60,000 bases of DNA. It comes from Mobula hypostoma (lineage: Eukaryota). The DNA is taken from the NCBI RefSeq assembly GCF_963921235.1, contig NC_086097.1:83578001-83638000 (forward strand), read 5' to 3'. Shown in pieces: positions 51,506-60,000 of the stretch (positions within the stretch are counted from its first letter, which is position 1; every line of letters starts with the position of its first letter). A model generated the notes under the pieces. It worked only from the letters and a program-made list of their open reading frames with translations. It was not told the origin of the DNA and did not search any database. The position numbers and the translations under genes are program-made.

Positions 51506-52361
51506 TTAAAGCATTCCATCTTCAAGAGTGAGAATTCAGTTTTTGTTCCCCTATGAGCTCAGCAGATCATCTGGTATTCTAAAAATCCATATTTTGCCAG
51601 TAAAAGGGTACTTGTGTTAAGCTTCAGGCTAAAATTCAATAATGAGTTTAATTTGTATTACAGCGCAAATGAAGTTGAAACAAAGCTGATATCAAACCTT
51701 TATTATTGCAATGGAAAATCGTCATGCAGTTCAGTTTCTAAATTGACAAGCATCTTCCTTACTGCAAATAGATAGGTTAATTAAATTAATAACATTTACT
51801 GTTGGGAAATTCTGGGACACGGAGGGTTCAACTTTTTAATGCCTTTTTTTAAAACGCAGAATTGGGTTGTAAAGGAGACCAATTCATTTTAAATTACAGA
51901 AGTGTAATTAGTTATGGAGCCAGATTAAATAGCTCTGGCTGTATAGAGGGTAGCAAGGTTTGTACATTGAGGTTGATTTCCTTTTTTTTTGTTGTGTTTT
52001 ATATAGCAGCTTGTTATTCTTTTAGGGAAGTCCTATTTAACGATGTTTCCCTTGTTGATTCATTTAAGTAGCGTAAAGTGGATCAGTGTGTACTCTGGCA
52101 TGAAAGTTAAACAATTTGTATTTACTCAGTTGAGATTTGGATTACCCATCTGCACCATTCCTAAGACTTCCATGTCCATTTTGCGGAATTGCTTCATTCA
52201 GCTGGCGTTGCTGCTGGAACCCCTATCTGTGAGTTTTGATTACCTGCTGGACTTGAATTCAAGATCATTATTTTGATTTCGATACACTCAAGGGCATTCA
52301 ACTTCCTGCTGTCTCTATCCAAATTCTCATAATGTCGATTACCCTTCTGTTTGTTGATGTG

Positions 52362-52880
52362 TGTAATGCCCTGGTTAAGATTCCTACTACTATGCTGTGA
52401 GGTGTTTCATTTTAGTAGTTTTCTGTAAAAGCTGTGTGTCCTGTGGGTAGAATGTTTTGGTTCCAGCTAAAGATAAGGAATCATGTTGTTCAACTTCGGA
52501 ATGTTGTGTCAGCTGATCAGGACGGTGGAATCGGAAGAAGGTTCTGGAGGAGCTGGGCAGAGGGAGATTTGTGATGGACAGTGATGAGGTTCGTGGTCTT
52601 TTGATGGGAGATGTGGAGGGGAGAAGATCAGGAAGACAGACACCTGTAAGATTCAATGCGATGGGAAAATGTGATTTCAAGGAGTCCTTTGTGAGGTGAA
52701 GGAGTCCAAGATGGGAGATTCTACCGGTGATCGGTGATGAGAATTCAGCGGCACTATTAATGGTTATACCCAGCTTTTGGTAGAGATAAGCTCCAATGGT
52801 CATGTGCACATTTAGACTGGTCTAACTGTAATCAGCCCTTTTATTTATTTTTTTCTTTCTCAGTAACTATTTGATAAAGC
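52362..52880 (+). mobile_element. Probable truncated LTR-like repeat
   Basis: Begins TGTAATGCCCTGG with an abrupt compositional change; no right terminus or TSD found. Confidence 0.35.
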
Positions 52881-52884
52881 TGAA

Positions 52885-53280
52885 GTGGGAGGATGGGTTA
52901 ACAGCTGAAGTGTGGGAATTGGAGGAGATGTGGGTGAGGGCAGCATCAATGGTGGTGGAAGGGAAACACCATTCTTTGGGTGGGGGTGGAAGTATCTCAG
53001 TATTAGATACTCTTAAAAGAAAAGTCTCATCCTCAGAACAGATGTGGCAGTCAGGAACTGAGAGAAGGGAATAGCATTTTTAGAGGTGACAAGGTGGGAA
53101 AAGATTATAGTCAATAATCAGGATTCAGTAGGTTTGAAAAAGGATGTCAGTGGATAGTATATCTCCAGAGATGGAGACAGATCAAGATGTTGAAAGATTG
53201 GACCAAGTAAATTTGAGGACAGGGTGGAAGTTGGAGGCAAATTTGATAAACGAGTTTAGCATGGGTGCAGGAAGCAGTCA
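52885..53280 (-). mobile_element. Penelope-like RT C-terminal fragment
   Basis: Minus strand reads FASNFHPVLKFTWS...SVSISGD.LSTDI...AIPFSQF...ICSE, typical of PLE reverse transcriptase. Confidence 0.75.
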
Positions 53281-55131
53281 TATTGCAGGAGATCTTGAAT
53301 AAAGAATTTGTTGTGACACACCATTAATAGACTTTTTTGTAACTAGTGTTCTTTTTCATTTGGAGGAAACCATTAGTGTAAAACCTTCTTGAGGCAAGTA
53401 TGCTAAAAAACAGAATCTAGTTTTGATCCTACCAAAAGAGAAAGTTGAAATGGATAGAGAAAACTGACAAAATACTTTGAGCTATGGAAGTAGAGTATAC
53501 AAAGCAATCAATACAAGATGTCAAACTCAACATAGTTTTTAAATTATGTTAGAAAAAAATGTGGCCGAGGAAGTGCATGTGCTCTGTTGTTTTAAAAAAA
53601 AAGCATTATGATATCATAGCATGTTAGGAACTTTGTATCCCTATTTAAACTAGAGAAAAAGATTACATCCTGTGGAAATTAAGCTAAAATAAATATAAGC
53701 AAATAAACAATGAAAATTATTGCAAATTTCCAGTTGTCCCAAAGTTTGGATGTCAGGAAATTTATTGGAATAAGCAAATACCTTGGAAATCTTTAAGTTG
53801 AAAAAGGAGACTTGGCAGGGAAATGTAATGAGGTAAAACTTTGAAAATTTGATTAAGCTCTTTGACTGAAGTTATGAGTATTGTATGACCATTGGATTTT
53901 ACTGGGGTTCTTAAGTGAATTTGTCCGTAAATTGGAACATACACAAAATTTACTTGATATGATAACAGTACCTCTACATTACTATAATGAAGGGCATAAA
54001 AACCACATAAAACTGATAAGATAGAAGCTGGGAGAGAGAGGGAAAGAAAACTACTTTGTCCATTCAGAGGAACCAGTGCATGTATGTACATCAGACTTCT
54101 GAATTTAAAAGTATGGGAGCTCATTTGACGGTATGGGTGTCTATAAGTCATGGTGTTCTTAACCTGGAAACATCCTGTGTTGGTATGGGTTTTCTGATGT
54201 GCAATGGGACTGAAACTATCCACTATATTTCTTAAAAACATAGTTTTGATAATGAAATAGAAAGCCATGTATGCACGTTTAGTAATAGCACCAAGGTGGG
54301 TGATACTGTAAGCAGTAATAAATTACATGGAAATACAGTGAAATTGAGTGAGTGGGCTATACTAATTCAATGGTTTCAATGGAGGTAAATATGAGGGCAT
54401 CCACTGTGCAGTTAAAAGGATAACATGGAGTACATTGTAAATGGTTTAAAAGCTCGAAGCTGGAGGTCCAAAGAGATTTGGTAGCCATGTTCGAACATCA
54501 CTAAAATATCAAGTCGTAGTACAGGAAATAAAAGTCTAACAAAAGGTTAGCCTTTCTAGAAAGGAGACTGAAGCAGAGTGAGAGATGTTACAGCCATGTA
54601 AAACTAACTAGACCAAACCCACAGTGATATGAGTAGATGTGAGTATAAATAACAGAAAGAACACACCACCTCTCAAACTACCCTCCTCCTTCCCCACACT
54701 TGGCAGCTTGGAAGTGCCGCACGAGCATCTTTGCCCACCTTAGAACCAATTGATCTAGAGAGAAAGCAAGACATCCTCAATGATGGAGGGCTGCCTAAGA
54801 AGGGATGTGTGCAATGGTCCTGTTACTGGGCGAGATGACTGAAGCTATATTTTGTATTGTGCTTGATTCTTAGCTATTTCTAAATACTTAACAAGCCATT
54901 TCATTGTATGTGGACATACTACCCAGCAATACTCTCATCATAATAATGTACAATTTAAAACAGCAATGACAAATTTCTGGTTTGAATAAATGAATGCTAA
55001 AATTACTAAAACATTTGATGTAAAAGGTAATTCTGAATATAGTCAGGAAAAAAAATGTCTGCTACTGTGTTCCTTTATAAGATGAAGGTTGTGTGACACA
55101 TCCTGCCCACAAATATACACTTCTCTGGACA

Positions 55132-55822
55132 TCTGATGAATGCAGCATTTCAGACATCAACACTAGCCACATCCAATGCCTTTATTACATTTTAATTTGT
55201 ATAAAATGTCAATGACACTGTTTGAATGTGTTGTTATCAATACATTCACAAAGTGCCTTTTGAAAAAAGTTAAATTTTCAGGTTAATTAATAATAGATGG
55301 ATGGTCTTTGATACCAAAACATTTCTCCACCTCACTCACATTCTCATCAAAAAGTTGAGCTTAAGAATACAGTATATGCTTTGAATCCTTAAGAGAAAAA
55401 TATATTTAACAATTGCAGTGGTGTTTTCTTTAACATGATCCTCTATCACTGTTGTAAACTTTTTTTCTGTGTAAATTAGTGTCAGTGCTCAGTGATTCAA
55501 AGCAATGACACTAATTTACACAAAAGAAAGTTTAAATAGTAATAGAGGATCATGTTAAAGAAAATATAGTTGTATAATGTATGTTCTCTTAAGATTCAAA
55601 GGATTTACAGTCTTAAGTGTAACTTTTTGACAAGAATGTGAGGTGGAGAAGTGTATTGGTATCAAGACCATTCTTCCATTATTCTTTTATTAATTAACCA
55701 GAAAAGTTGATTTTTGATATCAACACATTCAAATAGAGACAATGACACATTGTGCAAACTAAAATGTAGTAGAAGATCTGGATGTGGCTGGTGTTGATGT
55801 CTGAATCACTGCATTTATTAGA
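55132..55822. repeat. Long imperfect inverted repeat (~690 bp, loop ~55490-55500)
   Basis: Arms pair throughout, e.g. ttcagacatcaacactagccacatcc/ggatgtggctggtgttgatgtctgaa; ttttctttaacatgatcctctat/atagaggatcatgttaaagaaaa; tgtgtaaattagtgtca/tgacactaatttacaca. Confidence 0.92.
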
Positions 55823-56559
55823 AAACAAGACATTAATTATCACCTTTACCTATTCAAGTCCCTTCAATTCAATAGCAACACTTCAAAGCAATTTAATGTG
55901 GTCAATTTTTATCCAGGTTTGAATGAGACTTGAACTTTTAGCGTAGCAACCAATAATACGATTATCTGAGTGGGGAGTTTCCTCTAACTTCTATTCATGC
56001 AGAGGTATTTTTGTGTGTACTTCTATTTTTTATAATCTAATATTTACCTGCTTTTCTTGGAGAATATGATTTATCATTGGAATAGTATAAAAACCATTTA
56101 ATATTAAATACCAACCTAAAGTAGGATGGCAGAGTACTCTGAAACTGTAACCTCCAGAAACCAATTTGAACATCCAAGTAGAAATGAGTAACTATATGTT
56201 TCTGAATAATATGTACAGTACCTGGTTTTATTTGTCATTAAGTAGTAGAGTAACATATATTTTTCTCATCTTTGCTTTTGAATCATAAAGATAATTTCAG
56301 CAGAAGTATTTTTGCAATATTTTATGTGTTCAGCTCATCTGTTTGATTGCTCCTTCAAGTAATTCCAAAACACATAAATTAGAGCTATAACATTATTCAT
56401 ACACCTTGGAAAAGGGCCCAGCTAATCCAATGCCAACCAAGATGCCCATCTGAGTTTGCCCTGTTGGCCCTCATTTGACCCATACCCTTCTAAACCTTTC
56501 CTATCCATGTATATGTGTGTAATATAATATATCCCTTCTCCTTCCCACCCCACCCTCTG

Positions 56560-56890
56560 GTGTTCCTATTACTAAGGAAAAGGTGTTTGAAAGGCTGAAA
56601 GATCTGAAGGTAGGTAAGTCATCTAGACCAGATGGACTGCAGCCCAGGGTTATAAAAGAGGTGCCTGAAGAGGTTGTGATCTTTCAAGAATCGTTATATT
56701 TTGGAATGGTTCCAGAGGACTGGAAAATTGCAAATGTCACTCCATTCTTTAAGAGAAGAATGCAGAAGAAAGGAAATTATAGGTCAGCTAGTCTGACTTC
56801 AATGGTTGGGAAGATGTGGAGTCCATTATTAAGGATGAGGTTTCGGGGTACATGAAGGTGCATGATAAAGTGGGCCAAAGTCAGCAAAGC
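56560..56890 (+). mobile_element. CR1 LINE internal fragment
   Basis: LKVGKSSRPDGLQPRVIKEV...VPEDWKIANVTPFFK...KGNYR..SLTS. Confidence 0.85.
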
Positions 56891-56906
56891 CGATCTGACT
56901 ATCCCT

Positions 56907-57062
56907 AAACATGAGATCCTGCAGATGCTGTAAGTCCAGAGCAACATGAAATGCTGGAGGAACTCAGCAGGTCAGGCAGCATTTGTGAAGAAGAGTCCTG
57001 ATGATGGGTCGCAGCCCAAAATATTGACTCTTTATTCCACTCTTTAGATGCTGCCTGACCTG
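56907..57062. mobile_element. Second, older foldback Penelope pLTR insertion with hammerhead motif
   Basis: ctgcagatgctg...caggtcaggcagcat (minus-oriented pLTR), then aagagtc-CTGATGA-tgggtcgcagccc-aaaatatt-gactctt...atgctgcctgacctg (plus-oriented). Confidence 0.75.
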
Positions 57063-58271
57063 TCTCTGAAACAAAAGATCACGGTGTTATTTTGAGAGAA
57101 GAACATGCCAACTTGGCAAGTCTTGAGTTTGTGGCCTAGAATTCAGGTTCCAATCATCAGCCTGTCAGGATTCGAGGCCTCGAGTTTGGGCTCCTGTCAT
57201 TGGTTAGTGCTGAGGCCAATACCAAACATCCAAGCACGAAGGCCAATTGGAAGTCTGGAAGCCAAAGCCCTGGGTCTATGAGTCTAATGTCCAGTCTGGA
57301 AGTCCGAGTTCTGCCCTGGGGTTGGAGGTCTGTCTGCATGGATGGGTGCAAGGGAGGAAATGAGCTTGTTTTCACATTGCTGTTTGGTTGCTCGTTGTCT
57401 TCTGTTTAGTTGTGTTCTGTTGTTTTGCTGAACATTGTGGGTATGCTTTGCTGGCGCAGAAATGTGTGTGCAACATTTGCAAGCTGCACCCAGCACAGCC
57501 TTGGGTTGTGCTGGTTTTTAATGCAAATGACACATTTCACTGTATGTTTCAATGTACAAGTGCTAAAGGACTTGATCTGATTCTGAATCTGTGGTGAGCT
57601 GGACAGTATTTATTTAAAAAGTAAATGCTCTGAAGATGCTTAGCAGGTCAAACAACATCCATTAGAAGCGTAGTTGATGTTTCAGGGTGGTGAATTCTTC
57701 TTAATCTGAGCTCATCTGCCAACAGGATATATAAGTTGAGGTGGAAGAGGGTAAGTACAAGCAAACAATGTTGTAGTTGTGCAATGCAGAATAGTTAGAA
57801 ATCTGAAACAAATGAGAAAGCTGGAAATATTCATTTACTTGGGTTGCACCTCTGCAAAGAGAGGAAAAACTAAATTAGTTTTACAGATGAAAGATATTGC
57901 ATTCTGGTTCTGAGGTGAAAAGGAGAAATAAGTCTTTTGAAAACTAGTGAATTCATATTGAACCTAGCATGCACCAAGGACATCTTCTATCATATGGGTG
58001 CCATGGGATAAACTTGGAGCAGATTTGGCAGCTCAGAGCTAGCAAAAGTGAGGAACTTGTGGCTACAAAAGGAGCAATGTACATTACCAGATTTAGTAAG
58101 TGTGGTGACTTCTGCCACACTCTATCATTACTATCAGGCTAATGTGTCCTGGCTTGACCGGAAGTGCAGAAAGGTTTGCGAAGGGCACTGTCCAGCATAC
58201 ACAAAATGCTGAGTGAAACTGAAGCCATGTAGAATGCAATAGATAGCTAAGAAATGTCACAACCAACCGGT

Positions 58272-59245
58272 GAGTTTAGAGACTGCTGTCCAACCTCACT
58301 CCATTGGTCATTGTCAAACATGGATGTTGCAGCCTAGCTGTCATTTGTGAGCCAGGGCGGTACGGTATGGCAAGCAAGCTGTTATTCATGCAGTAGCTCC
58401 CCCTCTCCACGTAGCTGATGAATCCAAAGGAATGGCAGAGACTGATACAGTGGCCCATGTTGAATTCAATGTGGGACTGCCTTGGGGGCTCCAGCTCTTT
58501 CTGTGGTGGGCGGGGGAGGGGGGAGGTTACTGTCAAAGCATTCCCATGCATAGGTGTAGCTACAAGACAGTGGAGGTTTGAAATTGGAAGTTTTCCTTCT
58601 CCCAGATCAGACACCAACCACAGCTGATGAGCGCCATCAGCCTGGAGCGACTGGTTTTAAGGCACCAGTAACCCACCTTTGCCCCTTCACCTGCCAGTGA
58701 AACTGTTCTATCGGGTGTAGTTGTTTACATATGAAAGCCAAAAGCTGTCATGGTCCCAACCGTTAATTCACCATTTTCTCCGAATTTCCTTTGGTAGCGG
58801 CACACCTGGTTTTCATCAAGACCTGCAGCATAAGAATCCTGGCTTTGCCCCCACTAGTAGCCAGATCGTTGGTTTTGCCAGTGTGGTAATTAACGTTTCC
58901 CGGCCCCTTAGGATTGTGTGTTCTAAGTTTTGCTTCAGTACCGAGATTTATTTGTGAAACTCAGTCTCTCCATGTCAAGGTAAGTATTCTAAGTTTTACT
59001 TCACCACCGAGGTTTACCTGTGTGACTCTGTCTCTCTGTGCTAAGAAAAGTTTTGTCTGCCGCTTTCCTTTCTACGCTCCGTGTCAAGATAAGTTCTGCC
59101 TGCCTTCTGCTTTCCTGCACTCCCTCCTGTTTGCCGTTCAACGCTCACACCTGCGTCTGCTTCCTAACTCAATCTCCGTGCCCGTGTCCTGCGTTTGGGT
59201 TTGCCTTGTTCGTTGCAACAAAAGCTGGACTTAGTCACCAGAGGC
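58272..59245 (-). mobile_element. Non-autonomous RTE-derived element (5' UTR-like region plus short 3' end) interrupted by a solo LTR
   Basis: The minus-strand motif gggagaaggaaaacttccaatttcaaacctccactg..ttg..gctacacc resembles RTE 5' UTRs as I recall them; no ORF. Confidence 0.5.
58746..59220. mobile_element. Solo LTR (475 bp)
   Basis: TGT...ACA termini; perfect 5-bp TSD aaagc (58741-58745 / 59221-59225); internal ~68-bp imperfect tandem duplication (ttctaagtttt.cttca..accgag.ttta). Confidence 0.8.
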
Positions 59246-59449
59246 TATTTGAGATGTATGCTTTTGGGAGCATTTAATAGGTGATGGGAGTTTTTTTCCC
59301 CCATTACTGTCTCCCCTCTCCCCTGGCTATGGCAACATTAAGGAGCCAATCATTGGTGGTGGACAATTAATTAGGAAATGGGAGGAGGTAACTGGAAAAA
59401 TACTCCTATCCTCACTGATGGTAACTCTGAAGAAAATGCTGAAGCACTG

Positions 59450-59930
59450 AATATGTAATCCAGTTCTGCTTCCTTCCCAGATCCCCAGCATGCACAAGCC
59501 ACTCTCCAGCCAATCAGATTTATGTTCACATATTGCCAAGAATCACCTGAGATCAATGGATACGTAAAAGGAGATGGAACCAAGCAACATCCGAGCTGTA
59601 CTGAAGACTTGCACTCCAGTAACACTGCATTTCCAGCCAAGTTATTCCAGTACTGTTACAATTCTGGTGTCTGCCTGTCAATGTGTAAAACTGCCAAAGT
59701 ATGACCTGTTCATAAAACGAAGGACAAATCCAACAGTGCTGGTTACCATGCGAACATCAGCACAGTCACGACAACAACCATCAGCATTACAAACAAGAGG
59801 TACTTATTCACCAATGGCCAGTTTGGATTTCACCAGGACCACCAGGCTCTAAACCTCAACAAGGCTGTAGTTCAAACATGAATCAATTAGCTGAATTTCA
59901 GAGATGAAGGAGAGACTGCTCATGAAATCA
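59450..59930 (+). mobile_element. Degenerate LINE RT fragment (CR1/L2 supergroup)
   Basis: NIRAVLKTC, PAKLFQYCYNSGVCLSMCKTAKV*PVHK, recognisable across frameshifts. Confidence 0.65.
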
Positions 59931-60000
59931 AAGTAGTACTTGATCAAATATATTATCAAAGCCCCCGGTTAAAGTGGAATCTGTTGAAATCTAGAGGAAA

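Noticed and set aside
53762..54268. 168-aa minus-strand ORF
   Set aside because: No recognisable domain, splice context or coding-like composition; likely a chance ORF in AT-rich DNA.
58414..58445. gCTGATGAatccaaagga as a hammerhead
   Set aside because: CUGAUGA and a small stem are present, but no GAAA follows stem II.

Overview
Eukaryotic (vertebrate) genomic DNA. The repeat families and the gene suggest a cartilaginous fish, probably a ray; this is inference. The window holds the 3' half of DCAF5/WDR22 on the + strand: five coding exons (9266-9395, 18612-18825, 43487-43553, 44210-44337, 45620-47488) with canonical GT-AG introns and consistent phases, followed by a 3' UTR and intergenic DNA. 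The introns and the downstream region are packed with decayed transposable elements: Penelope-like elements with hammerhead-ribozyme motifs, CR1, Rex1/Babar-like and RTE LINEs, V-type SINEs, Tc1 (IR/DR), pogo/Tigger and hAT DNA transposons, and solo LTRs. Most short ORFs in the track are TE remnants or noise. The most notable structures are: a TSD-flanked 195-bp foldback insertion whose loop is a hammerhead core; a nested TE stack at 1-3660 with a templated repair scar; a 5'-inverted RTE; and an unexplained ~690-bp palindrome at 55132-55822. I found no convincing new protein-coding system.
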